From: an uncultured Spirochaetota bacterium
Lineage (GTDB): Bacteria; Spirochaetota; Spirochaetia; SZUA-6; Fen-1364
Assembly (NCBI GenBank): GCA_963734545.1
Contig: CAVTHO010000007.1
Span: forward strand, 736,001 to 800,000
DNA length: 64,000 nt
Reading direction: 5' to 3'
This document shows, piece after piece, positions 19,867 to 29,677 of this stretch; the stretch's first letter is position 1, and the number at the start of each line of letters is the position of its first letter. The notes under the pieces were generated by a model that did no database searches, was not told where the DNA came from, and saw only the letters and a program-made list of their open reading frames with translations. The translations under genes and the position numbers were made by a program.

Positions 19867-20685
19867 CTATATTTCCTCTTCTTCTTCGTCCGAGGACTCG
19901 TCCTCCTCCTCGTCCTCCTCTTCTTCCTCCTCGACGTCTTCTTCGAGGACGGCGGTTTCCAGGCTTTCCCCCTCTTCATCCGCCTGATAGAACAGGATGC
20001 GGCTGCAGTAGGGACAGAACTCGACATGCTCGCCCAGTCGGACCGTATTGACGAACTGGGGCGGAAGAATCATGTAGCAGCCCGTGCACACGCCCTTCGT
20101 GAGGGACACGATCCCCAGACCCGACTTGTTCTTGATGATCCGCTCGAACTTGAAGAGGATGTCCTCTTCGAGCCCCGGGGTTATCTTCTTCTCTTCGTTC
20201 AGGAGCTTCTTCAGCTCCGCGTTCTTCTCCTTGATCTTCACTTTTATCTTGGACTGCTCCTCCTTGACGTCTTCCTCCTGCTTCCCGATCATCAGTTGCT
20301 CTTTTTCGAGGGTGTTCTTGAGCTCCTCGACGCCGGTCTGCTCCCTCTGCAGCTCCTTGCGCAGGCTTTGCTCCTTCTCCGTGGCGTCCTTGATCTCCTT
20401 GTCGAGCGCTTCGTACTCCCTCTGCGTCTTGATGATGTCCATCTGCCCTTCGGACTTCTCGCGGCTCTGCTCGGCCTCCGCAAGCTTCTGCCCGATGTCC
20501 TCTATGCGCACGTCCGCCGCCTGGTGGATGGCGCTCTTGTCCGTGAAGGACTTCTTCAGGCGATTGAGCAGCTCGGTCTTTGTTGCCAGGGACTTGGGTA
20601 TCTCCTGGATATCCTTCTCCACCTCGAACTTCTTGGAGAGGACGTCCTGGAGCGCCCTGAGCTTGTCATACACGGTACGTGCCAT
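19867..20685 (-). CDS. Coiled-coil C4 zinc-ribbon domain protein (CT398/HP0958-like) with acidic tail
   Basis: Long coiled coil, CTGCYMILP...CPYCSRILF and a poly-E tail; lies downstream of rpoD. Confidence 0.88.
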   Translation of the reverse strand: MARTVYDKLRALQDVLSKKFEVEKDIQEIPKSLATKTELLNRLKKSFTDKSAIHQAADVRIEDIGQKLAEAEQSREKSEGQMDIIKTQREYEALDKEIKDATEKEQSLRKELQREQTGVEELKNTLEKEQLMIGKQEEDVKEEQSKIKVKIKEKNAELKKLLNEEKKITPGLEEDILFKFERIIKNKSGLGIVSLTKGVCTGCYMILPPQFVNTVRLGEHVEFCPYCSRILFYQADEEGESLETAVLEEDVEEEEEEDEEEDESSDEEEEEI

Positions 20686-20710
20686 CTTCTTACCTCTCTC
20701 GTGATTCGGT

Positions 20711-22517
20711 CTAGTGTTCCAGATAATCCTTCAGCCGACGGCTGCGCGTCGGGTGCCGCAGCCGTCGGAGGGCTTTCGCCTCGATCTGTCGGATCCGCTC
20801 CCGGGTGACGTTAAAATAGAGGCCCACCTCCTCCAGAGTCAAGGAGTAGCCGTCCTCCAGGCCGAAACGCATCTTCAGCACTTCCTGTTCGCGGGGGGGA
20901 GAGTGGTGAGAACCGCCTCCAGCTGCTCCTGCAGCAGGCGGAACGCGGTCATATTGGAGGGGCTCTCCACCTCCTTGTCCTCGATGAAATCGCCGAGGAG
21001 GCTGTCCTCTTCCTCCCCGATCGGCGTCTCCAGGGAAATGGGCTCCCGGGCGACGCTTTTGACCGCCTTCACCCGGCCGGTGGCCCAGCCGAGCTTCTCC
21101 GCCACCTCGTCGTCGGTGGGCTCCCGGCCGAGAACCTGCATGAGCTGCCGCGATTCCCGCATCACCTTGTTGATCTGCTCGATCATATGGACAGGGACCC
21201 GGATGGTGCGCGCCTGGTCGGAGATCGACCTCGTGATTGCCTGGCGGATCCACCAGGTGGCATATGTGGAGAACTTGTAGCCCTTGCGGTACTCGAACTT
21301 CTCCACGGCCTTGATGAGGCCGATATTGCCTTCCTGGACAAGGTCGAAAAAGTGCAATCCCCGGTTCGTGTATTTCTTCGCAATACTCACCACGAGGCGC
21401 AGGTTGGCCTTGATGAGCCGATCCTTGGCCTCTTTCATCTTGATGCGGCCGCGCTCGATCTCGTCCGCCATGGCCAGGATATCTTCGATCTTGTTCTCGA
21501 AGACCGTTTCGTAGCGCTGGAGCTTCTTCTCGCTCTCCTGATGCACGCGCAGCAGCTCGCGCACGCGCTCCACGCCCATGCCGATCGACTTCTCCAGACG
21601 CTCGCGCTCCGCGGATACCGTGAGCTTTCGGGCGAGGCTCTTCAGCTCGCGCGGCGAGGCGGTGCGCAGGCGTTTCTCGATCCTCCCGATTTCCTTTGCG
21701 ATCGAGCGAATTCTGCGCGCGACGGCAATAAGCCTCTCCGCTATTGCGGAGATGTCCTCGGGTCGGAGCTCGACCTTCTTCAGCGAGTCGGCGACGTCTT
21801 TCCGTTTCTCGACGAATGACTCGTCGAAGATGTCACCGCCTTCCGACTCCGTCTGCCTCTTCAGCTCCATGTAGCGCTTGACTCCGGGCAGATGGTCCTT
21901 GAAAGGCTCCTTGTAGAAGGCGCCGAGCTTCCGCGTCTCGGCAAGATACTCGGTGGCCTCCTTCTTGGAGAGGTTCATGTCCCGCGGGTCGCGCGTCGAG
22001 CTGGCGCGCAAGCCGAGACGGAGGAACTCGCGCACCAGCACGCCGGAGTTCTTGATGACCCCTTGATGATGTACTCTCCGGACTCCATGGCCTTGGAAAG
22101 CTCCACTTCCTGCTCGGCGGTCAGCAGGTTCTCCTTGCCGATCTCCCTCAGGTACAGGCGGATCGGATCGTCGACCGATGATTCCTTGTCGCTGTAGATC
22201 AGCTTCTTTCTGTCCTTGCCCGGCTTCTCCTCCTCGATCTCGAGGCTGATTTCCTCGTCTTCCAGCCTGATGCTGTGTTTCTCGAGAAGGGCGATGACCT
22301 CTTCGATCCTGTCCGAGCTCACGATCGCGTCGGGCAGGAAATCGTTCACCTCGTCATAGCTGACGCTCTTCTTCCCTTTCGCGTACTCGAGCAGCTTCCG
22401 CATGGCCGGGTCATCTTTCAGCTCCAGGACGATCTTGCCCGGCACGGGCCGCTTGACCGGTTTCGCGGCACCGCGCGGACCGGCCCCCTTCTTCTGCGCT
22501 GTCTGCTTGTTATTCAT
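20711..22517 (-). CDS. rpoD: RNA polymerase primary sigma factor RpoD; two frameshifts at homopolymers ~22060 and ~20895
   Basis: [43 protein letters not shown] and TLEEVG...[20 protein letters not shown] across three ORFs. Confidence 0.95.
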
Positions 22518-22531
22518 GGTTCCCTTGGTTT

Positions 22532-24358
22532 TCAAACGCCTGCCGCCCTCGTCTTGAGTTTTTCGAGCTCGCTGTCCAGATGCATCTTTTCCTCGAGGAG
22601 CTCGCGCACCCTCGGTGAGTCCCGCGATTCCCTTTCCGCCTTTCTCATCTCCACCGCCACCGCGTCGATCCTTTTTCCGAGCGCACGCTGGCGGATCCGC
22701 CGCACACCGTCCGCCACCATGCGCTCCTGGTTCATGTCGAACTCGCCGCTGGACACCTTGCGGATTGCCAGGTCCCGCACGGCGGCATCCTCGATGCGCG
22801 CGCAGAGGGCCTCGAAACCCGTGTCCTCCGCCCGGTAGGATTCCTCGAGGGCCACGAACAGGGCCCGCGCCTTCTCGTCGTCGAGATCCGCGAGCGCCAC
22901 CCCGCCGTTTCGCACGAGGGGGAACAGGTCGCGGTTGGCCGCCACAGCGAGCATGAGAAAAAGATCCGAAGACACCACGCCTGATTCAGCCGCGCGCCGT
23001 TCCCCCGGGGCGCCACTCACGACGCGGCCCCCCGCGGCGGCCGCCTGTCCGGCACGTGTCCCGGGAAGCCTCCTCCGCGACGACCACGTAGAAAAATCCC
23101 GCCGCAGGGCGCCCTGGTCCGCATCCAGTTCGTCCGCCAGGAGCGTGAGGTAGCGGTCCCGCCTCATCTCCGATGCGGGGGCCGCGATGAACGGAAAAAG
23201 CTGATCCCGAATCCCTTCCCTTCCTTCCGTGCTCGATCGATCGTGCGCGGCAGCCGCCTTCCTCATGAGGTAGGGGAAGCTGTCGCCGGGGCGCGCCAGA
23301 AAATCCTTGAGGGCACCGACCTCTTCCTTCTGTACGAAATCAGCCGGGTCCTGGCCGCCGGGGAGCTCCACGACCTGGACGATCAGGTCCTCTTTCTCCA
23401 GCATCTCGATGGCACGGGAAGTCGCGTTCTGCCCCGCGTCATCTCCGTCGAACAACACCACCGCCTTCGCCGCATAGCGCTTCAGCAGCCTCACCTGCTG
23501 CTCCGTGAGAGCGGTCCCCAGCGGCGCAACGCAGTTGGCGATTCCCGCCTGATGGAGGGCCAGCACATCCATATAGCCCTCCACGAGCACGAAAAATCCC
23601 TCCCCACGGATGGCGGGAGCCGCCTTGTCAATGCCGAACAGGTTTTCCCTCTTTCGGAAGAAAGCCGTTTCAGGGGAGTTCAGGTACTTCGGCTGGGAAT
23701 CACCGAGGGCTCTCCCGCCGAACGCGATGATCTCCCCCCGGGCATTGGAAATGGGGAACATGATCCGGTTGGCAAAGAGAGCCGAGCTGCTCCCCCCCGC
23801 GCTTTCAATGAACAATCCTGTTTTCGAGAGGAACTCCTGGGAATAGCTCTTCTGGGCAAGAAACTGAAAGAGCCAGTCCCGGTCAAGGGGCGCGTAGCCG
23901 AGCTGAAACGCCTCGATGGTCTCCTTGTGCAGTCCCCTCCCCGCAAGATATTTCCGCGCGCTCTCCGCCTGCGCCCCTTCGGTCAGGAGCCAGTGAAAAC
24001 TGCCCGCAACCCGGCGATAGAGCTCGAAGAAAGTCCCCCGCTTGATTCCCCCCTGCTCTTCGTCCTCCTGCGGGATCTCTATGCCCGCCTTCTTCGCGAG
24101 GATCTCCACTGCGTCCCGCCACGGGACCTTCTCGATCTCCATGACGAAATCGAATACCGTGCCGCCCTTGTGGCACCCGAAGCAGTAGTAGACCCCCTTG
24201 TCGGGTGTCACCGTAAAGGAGGCCGACTTCTCCTGGTGGAACGGGCACAGTCCCCAGTAGCGTCCCCCTCTGCGCTGCAGCGTGACGTGCTCGCCGATCA
24301 CCTCGGCGATGTCGATGCGGCTGCGGATCTCCGAGAGCGTGCTTTCCGGTATCCTCAT
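22532..24358 (-). CDS. dnaG: DNA primase
   Basis: CPFHQEK...CFGC zinc finger, KYLNSPET, VEGYMD and FDGDDAG Toprim motifs. Confidence 0.97.
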   Translation of the reverse strand: MRIPESTLSEIRSRIDIAEVIGEHVTLQRRGGRYWGLCPFHQEKSASFTVTPDKGVYYCFGCHKGGTVFDFVMEIEKVPWRDAVEILAKKAGIEIPQEDEEQGGIKRGTFFELYRRVAGSFHWLLTEGAQAESARKYLAGRGLHKETIEAFQLGYAPLDRDWLFQFLAQKSYSQEFLSKTGLFIESAGGSSSALFANRIMFPISNARGEIIAFGGRALGDSQPKYLNSPETAFFRKRENLFGIDKAAPAIRGEGFFVLVEGYMDVLALHQAGIANCVAPLGTALTEQQVRLLKRYAAKAVVLFDGDDAGQNATSRAIEMLEKEDLIVQVVELPGGQDPADFVQKEEVGALKDFLARPGDSFPYLMRKAAAAHDRSSTEGREGIRDQLFPFIAAPASEMRRDRYLTLLADELDADQGALRRDFSTWSSRRRLPGTRAGQAAAAGGRVVSGAPGERRAAESGVVSSDLFLMLAVAANRDLFPLVRNGGVALADLDDEKARALFVALEESYRAEDTGFEALCARIEDAAVRDLAIRKVSSGEFDMNQERMVADGVRRIRQRALGKRIDAVAVEMRKAERESRDSPRVRELLEEKMHLDSELEKLKTRAAGV

Positions 24359-24362
24359 ACCT

Positions 24363-25388
24363 CTACAGTTTTTTCAGATAGAGGTACTTCGCCTGGTTGT
24401 GCTCGTTCAGGTTGCGCGAAAAATAGTGACGCCCGCTCTGCGTGTCCCTGAGAACGAAGTACAGGTAGTCAGTTCGCGCGGGCTGAAATGCTGCCTCCAA
24501 AGCTGTTCTCCCGGGATTCGAGATCGGACCCGGCGTCAAACCCGCCCACTTGTACGTATTGTACGGCGAGTCGAGCTTCTCGTCTTCCTTGGTAATGTAC
24601 TCCGGGTGCGCCTTTTGCTGGATCTCCGTGATAATATATTCAAGTGTGGCACATGATTCAAGCCCTATATTCCTCCGCAATCGATTGTAGAACACCGCCG
24701 CGATAAGCGGGGCTTCCGCAGCCACTCGATACTCCCGCTCCACAATTGAGGCCACGATCACGGTTTCTTCGAATTTCGGCTTCTCCAAGGTGCGCCAGTC
24801 CGGGGCGATCCTGTCCACGTTGTCGAAAAAAGTCTTTACCATGAGCTGGACGAATGTTTCTGCCGGGAAGGGCCGCGGAACGAAGTAGGTGTCCGGAAAC
24901 AGGTAGCCTTCGAGGCTCTTGCCCGGCACGCCGAACTCGGACAGGAGATCCGGGGAGCGTGTGGCGGCCATGAAGTCCGCCGCGGTGCATACCCCCTCCG
25001 CCTCCAGGTGCCGCGCGATCTTGCTCGACGTCCACCCCTCGGGGATGGTCACTTTGCCGAGGTTCTGGGCTCCCGCCACCAGGAAGTCATGAATGGCGAG
25101 GGTCGAGGACCGACCGGGAATCCTGTAGTACCCTGCCTTGAAGTCGCTCTGCGTGCCTTTCAGCCTTCCCACGGTCTCCAGCAGGGGCGCAAATCTGATG
25201 AAACCCTGGGCTTGCAGGTCATAACTGATCCGGGAGAGGCTCTCCCCCTTTTCGATGGAAAAGAGCCTGTCCCCCGTTCTCATGGCCGGCGGGCTGGAGT
25301 TCAGGAATGCCCCGACGATGGCCAGAGAGGCAATCACTCCGATGGCGACAGCGCCGAGCCGGGCAAGTGTCCTGGCGCCTTTGCTCAT
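24363..25388 (-). CDS. mltG: Endolytic transglycosylase MltG
   Basis: VTIPEG, LEGYLFPDTY, ASIVERE and SPYNTYKWAGLTPGPISNPG. Confidence 0.95.
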   Translation of the reverse strand: MSKGARTLARLGAVAIGVIASLAIVGAFLNSSPPAMRTGDRLFSIEKGESLSRISYDLQAQGFIRFAPLLETVGRLKGTQSDFKAGYYRIPGRSSTLAIHDFLVAGAQNLGKVTIPEGWTSSKIARHLEAEGVCTAADFMAATRSPDLLSEFGVPGKSLEGYLFPDTYFVPRPFPAETFVQLMVKTFFDNVDRIAPDWRTLEKPKFEETVIVASIVEREYRVAAEAPLIAAVFYNRLRRNIGLESCATLEYIITEIQQKAHPEYITKEDEKLDSPYNTYKWAGLTPGPISNPGRTALEAAFQPARTDYLYFVLRDTQSGRHYFSRNLNEHNQAKYLYLKKL

Positions 25389-25415
25389 CCGGCCCGGCCG
25401 CCAATTCTTCCCGAT

Positions 25416-28400
25416 CTATTGGCGAACGAGGACAAACTCCACCCTCCTGTTCTTCCACCGGTTGTCGAGATCGGAGAAGGGCACAACCGGCTCCGCGCCA
25501 CCCACGCCCACCGAGCTGATCCGCCCTGCGTCGATTCCCTGCGCAACGAGCGCGCTGCGAATGGCATCCGCACGCTGCTTGGAGAGCGGCAGAAGCGACT
25601 GCTCCTGCTCCTGCTTGGCGAGGGCCGGATTGTCGAAGTTGACGAGGTTGGCATGGCCCACGATCTGTATCTTGTAGCTGCCGTATTTCTTGAAGATCTC
25701 CGCGAGCCTCTTGATCGTGCTGGAGTTCTTCAGCGCCTTGTCCGCCTCGACGTTGACATAGTCCGCTGTATTGGCCGCGAAGGTGATGCTGGCAATCCTC
25801 ACCTTCAGCCTGTCCCCGTCCCTGATTACGAGGATATCAACCGGTATCAGCTTCTGTACCGTGATCGAGTTTCCCAGCACGTCCTTGATCGTAAAGGAAA
25901 GGGGATAGTCTTCCGCGGATTGCACCAGCTCGCCCGTTCCGGAAGTGCCGTTCCAGATGATCTTCTCCGACGGCGCTCCCTTGCCCGCGAAGCTGGTGAA
26001 GGGGTGCTGCTCGGGGTCGACAATGCTGATGCTCCAGCTGTCGATGGGGATCGGATCATCGACATTCAAATTGATGGTGAGCTCGTCGTTCACTCCGTCG
26101 TTGTCCGGCGAGAACGGCAGGCCTTCGAGATTGAGCTCCACCTTCGGGGGCGAAACCGCGAGACGGAACGCGGCCGACCTCGCGGTGGCAAGGTTGCCCT
26201 TGTTGTATTCAACCTGGAGAACGGCGGCGTACAGCCCGTCCGGAGCGGTCTTGAGACCGCCCTGGTCCTTGCCATCCCATGTGACAGAAGTGGGCACCGG
26301 TGCCAGCCCCGTCATGGTTTTCTGCTCTCCCGTGGCGGCATCCACCATCGACAATTTCCACCCCTTCACCCCGTCCTTCAGGGTCAACAGGGTCGCGAAG
26401 GTGATGTCGTCCTTGAAGCCGTCTCCGTTCGGCGAGAACCCGTTGGCGCTGGCGGTCACATACACGGGGGTCGGGCGGGTATCGATCTGGATTCCCCGCA
26501 GCTCCTTGGTGGTGGTGTTACCGGCCTTTGTCTGCGCCTTCACCGCGTATGTGTAATACCCGTCCGGCATCAGGTTGCCGTTCTCATCCTTGCCGTCCCA
26601 TGCAAACTCGGCGGCCTTCCCTTTCCAGAACCACCCGCGAACCTTCTGTCCCGCGCTGCTGCGTATTTCCCCTTCCCAGAGGTCTTCGTCACTCGAGCTC
26701 TGCTTGATGGTGAGTGCCGCCAGCTTGCTGTCAGGAGTCGGTGAGAAGAGCAGGGCCGCGGAAGATACATCGATCTGCGGCACGTGGTTGTCGACGAAGA
26801 AGGGAGTGCTCTCCGCCCTTGGCTGGCTTCCGTTGCTGTAGGTGACCTGAAGCTCGGCCGTGTACCTGCCGTCGGGCACTCTCTTCCCCGCGTCGTCGAT
26901 CCCGTCCCACAGAACGTCGTCCGGGGCTTTGCTGCGGCCCGCGTAGGACCGCACGACCCCGCCGTCCGCGCGATGTACGCGGATCGTCGAGGACTCGACG
27001 CCCGTTGTGACGGCCAGGGAGGGAATGAGTCGGATCCTGGTCTTGGTGCCCCCGCCGAACGGGGAGAAGTAGACCAGGTCGGTCGAGACGCGGACCGGCT
27101 TCTTCTCCGTGTCGATGCGGAGGGTGATAGGCGAGGAGGAGCCGGTGTTGCCGGCCTGGTCCGTTGCCTTCAGGCTGTAGGTATACGCGCCGTCCGGCAG
27201 GAACGCACCATCATCGCCGCGACCGTCCCACTCGAACTTGTCGTCGGCCCGGCCGCGCCACACCAGGTTCCTGAGGTCCTTGCCGCTCGCGTTCCGGAAG
27301 GTTCCCGTCCAGAAGAGCTCCTGGGAGGTGTCCTGGAAAATGGTCACCGTGTTCCTCTTGCTGTCTCCGGAAGGGGAGAACACGTCGTACTCCGCTTTCG
27401 CCGAGGCGGTGGGAGAGGTCACCTTGATCGTGACCAGGGGCGAATCCGCCTTGGGATTCTTTCCGTTCACGTACAGGACGGTGAGGGTCCCTTTGTAGGT
27501 CCCTTCGGGCAGCAAAGCCCCCGAGTCGTCGTGGCCGTCCCAGCTTATCGTGGCGGGTATGGTGACGGCCCCGCTGAAGCTCTTCCGCGCAACGCCTTTG
27601 TCGTCAGAGACAGCGAGGCTCCACTTCTCTATACCCGTGGCGACCGGCACCTTCAGACCGAAGGTCACCACATCTTTTACCCCGTCCCCGTTGGGTGAGA
27701 AATATGAAGGATCGATGGCAAGCTGCACGGGGGTCGGCCGTGTATCGATGATGATATTGTCCAGCTGCGCCGCGACACTGTTGCCCGCTCGGTCGGTGGC
27801 AGCCACGTGATAGCTGTAAACGCCGTCCGGCACGAGGGCACCGGTGTCCGCCTTCCCGTCCCATGCAAAAGCGGGCGGCTCCGAGTCGGTCCACGTCAAC
27901 GTGCGCACCTTCTGTCCGGTGATGTCCTGGATGGACCCCGCCCACGTGTCTTCGTGCGTGCCGGCCTGCTGGACGGGAAGCGTATCCTTGTTGCCGTCGC
28001 CATCCGGAGAGAAAATCAGGTAGGAAGCGCCAAGGGTTACCTTCGGAGGCGTGTTCTTCACGACGACGGTGCCCGTGCCGCTCTTTCCCTGGTTCCCGTT
28101 GTCGTCCCAGGCTTCCACGTGATACTGGTAGGTTCCGTCGGGAACTACGGCCCCCGTGTCACTTGTTCCATCCCAGCGGATCGTGGGGGGGATCGCAATG
28201 CCCGACTTCACGTATGCCAGGCGCGCAAGGAGGTTCTGCACATCGCGGTTCTCAGGTCTGTCTTCCTTGTTCTGCAGGGTCCGGACCGCGGCGCCGCTGG
28301 AATCCGTGATAATGAGCCTGTATCCCTTGACGTACCTGTCGTCCGTGATGGCAAGAGGAAGCACCAGGTCATCCTTCTCTCCATCGAAGTTGGGAGAGAT

Positions 28401-29399
28401 GTACTTCTCTCCCTGCGTATCCAGCGTAATTGCCGGCGGCTTGACATCCCGTACGCCGAACGGCACGTTCACGCCCAGGCCGAATCCCCAGATCTTGTCG
28501 GCAAGCGGCGCTGCCGCAACGGTGGTCTTGAAGTCGGTCACCTCCTGCCCTGCCGTCTTCACTCCCAGGCCGCCGAGCTTCAAGGAAATACCGAAGCTGA
28601 ACGGGATTTGACGCGCCGGGTCCGAGCCGAATACCTGCCTCGAGTCGAACAGGTACGCGGCGTTGAGAAAGAAGATATCGGCCACCCCGAACTCCATTCC
28701 CACGTTCAGCCGGACGTTCTGGAGCGTGGGAAAGCTGACATCGGGTGCAAAGGAAAGGGAGAGCATGTCTGTCTTTACGAGGGCGAATGACACTCCAAGG
28801 GCCGGTGTGAAGGCGGGAGGTGTCCCGAAAGGTCCCGCGCCTGCGGAGTAGGCCCTGCCGATGTTGCGGAATGCTCCGCCCCAGCGGAAATCTTTCAGAG
28901 GTCCAAGATCCCCCAGCAGGCTGAGGAACCCGAGATCGAGCCCCAATCCCCAATCGCTCCCGGCCTCGAAACCAAGCCCCGCGCCAATGTAGAAATCCGG
29001 GAAAAGGTCCTTCGAGAACGAAACATTCAATCCCCCCAGGGTGCCCCAGTCGAGTCCCGGGCTCGTGAAGCTGGTGGTTGCGAACCGGCCGGCTGCGCTC
29101 AAGACTCCCACGTTGGTCGGCACAGTGACTCCCAGGTTGACTATGTGCCCGCCCCAGTCGAAGGGACTGACCTGGGCGAGCGCGATATACGAAAGGTCCA
29201 GCGTGACTCGCTGGCGGCCTGCCGAGACGGCAGGATTGAGGAGTGTGCCGGGGGGGCTCTCCAGGGTCGTCGACGCCGCCCCGCCTCCCAGGAACACCGG
29301 GGAGGAGAAGTCGAGAAATCCTGTTTCTGCCGACGCTCCGAAGGCAGCGCCGAGCAACAGGGCCACAGCGATGGTTGAGACACGGAATGTGTTTTTCAT
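25416..29399 (-). CDS. 1327-aa envelope protein: N-terminal beta-barrel-like region, 8 FlgD-Ig/CHU-type repeats, C-terminal OmpA domain
   Basis: Signal peptide; eight (F/I)SPxxDG-like...W(D/N)G...PDGxY modules; LSKQRADAIR...NRRVEF OmpA motif. Confidence 0.88.
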   Translation of the reverse strand: MKNTFRVSTIAVALLLGAAFGASAETGFLDFSSPVFLGGGAASTTLESPPGTLLNPAVSAGRQRVTLDLSYIALAQVSPFDWGGHIVNLGVTVPTNVGVLSAAGRFATTSFTSPGLDWGTLGGLNVSFSKDLFPDFYIGAGLGFEAGSDWGLGLDLGFLSLLGDLGPLKDFRWGGAFRNIGRAYSAGAGPFGTPPAFTPALGVSFALVKTDMLSLSFAPDVSFPTLQNVRLNVGMEFGVADIFFLNAAYLFDSRQVFGSDPARQIPFSFGISLKLGGLGVKTAGQEVTDFKTTVAAAPLADKIWGFGLGVNVPFGVRDVKPPAITLDTQGEKYISPNFDGEKDDLVLPLAITDDRYVKGYRLIITDSSGAAVRTLQNKEDRPENRDVQNLLARLAYVKSGIAIPPTIRWDGTSDTGAVVPDGTYQYHVEAWDDNGNQGKSGTGTVVVKNTPPKVTLGASYLIFSPDGDGNKDTLPVQQAGTHEDTWAGSIQDITGQKVRTLTWTDSEPPAFAWDGKADTGALVPDGVYSYHVAATDRAGNSVAAQLDNIIIDTRPTPVQLAIDPSYFSPNGDGVKDVVTFGLKVPVATGIEKWSLAVSDDKGVARKSFSGAVTIPATISWDGHDDSGALLPEGTYKGTLTVLYVNGKNPKADSPLVTIKVTSPTASAKAEYDVFSPSGDSKRNTVTIFQDTSQELFWTGTFRNASGKDLRNLVWRGRADDKFEWDGRGDDGAFLPDGAYTYSLKATDQAGNTGSSSPITLRIDTEKKPVRVSTDLVYFSPFGGGTKTRIRLIPSLAVTTGVESSTIRVHRADGGVVRSYAGRSKAPDDVLWDGIDDAGKRVPDGRYTAELQVTYSNGSQPRAESTPFFVDNHVPQIDVSSAALLFSPTPDSKLAALTIKQSSSDEDLWEGEIRSSAGQKVRGWFWKGKAAEFAWDGKDENGNLMPDGYYTYAVKAQTKAGNTTTKELRGIQIDTRPTPVYVTASANGFSPNGDGFKDDITFATLLTLKDGVKGWKLSMVDAATGEQKTMTGLAPVPTSVTWDGKDQGGLKTAPDGLYAAVLQVEYNKGNLATARSAAFRLAVSPPKVELNLEGLPFSPDNDGVNDELTINLNVDDPIPIDSWSISIVDPEQHPFTSFAGKGAPSEKIIWNGTSGTGELVQSAEDYPLSFTIKDVLGNSITVQKLIPVDILVIRDGDRLKVRIASITFAANTADYVNVEADKALKNSSTIKRLAEIFKKYGSYKIQIVGHANLVNFDNPALAKQEQEQSLLPLSKQRADAIRSALVAQGIDAGRISSVGVGGAEPVVPFSDLDNRWKNRRVEFVLVRQ

Positions 29400-29446
29400 G
29401 ATTCCTCCCAGGCTCCCTTACAAAATAGCTCCCACGGATGGCGAAA

Positions 29447-29677
29447 TCAACGATCCGGAGGAAAACGTTCTGCCAGCTTTTCTATCTCCTCGATTGTCAG
29501 GCGGCTGAAGAGCGACTTCTCTATGCGCCGCAGCAATCCCTCGAGCTGGCCCTGCAATGCGCTTTCGCGCGGCTTAAGGATAACATAAAGCTCCCGTTCC
29601 TCATCCCTGCTGAGAATGACAGCGCCGCGGTACCCCGCGGATTCGGCATCGCGGTACCCCGCGGATTCGGCGCTCAT
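29447..29677 (-). CDS. Small hypothetical protein (76 aa) with a repeat-derived N-terminus
   Basis: Start overlaps the MBL stop by 4 nt; helical body EERELYVILK...LTIEEIEKL. Confidence 0.6.
   Translation of the reverse strand: MSAESAGYRDAESAGYRGAVILSRDEERELYVILKPRESALQGQLEGLLRRIEKSLFSRLTIEEIEKLAERFPPDR
29626..29671. repeat. 24-bp tandem repeat, 2 copies (CGCGGTACCCCGCGGATTCGGC), palindromic core
   Basis: Copies at 29626 and 29650; the minus strand encodes AESAGYRD/AESAGYRG. Confidence 0.85.
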
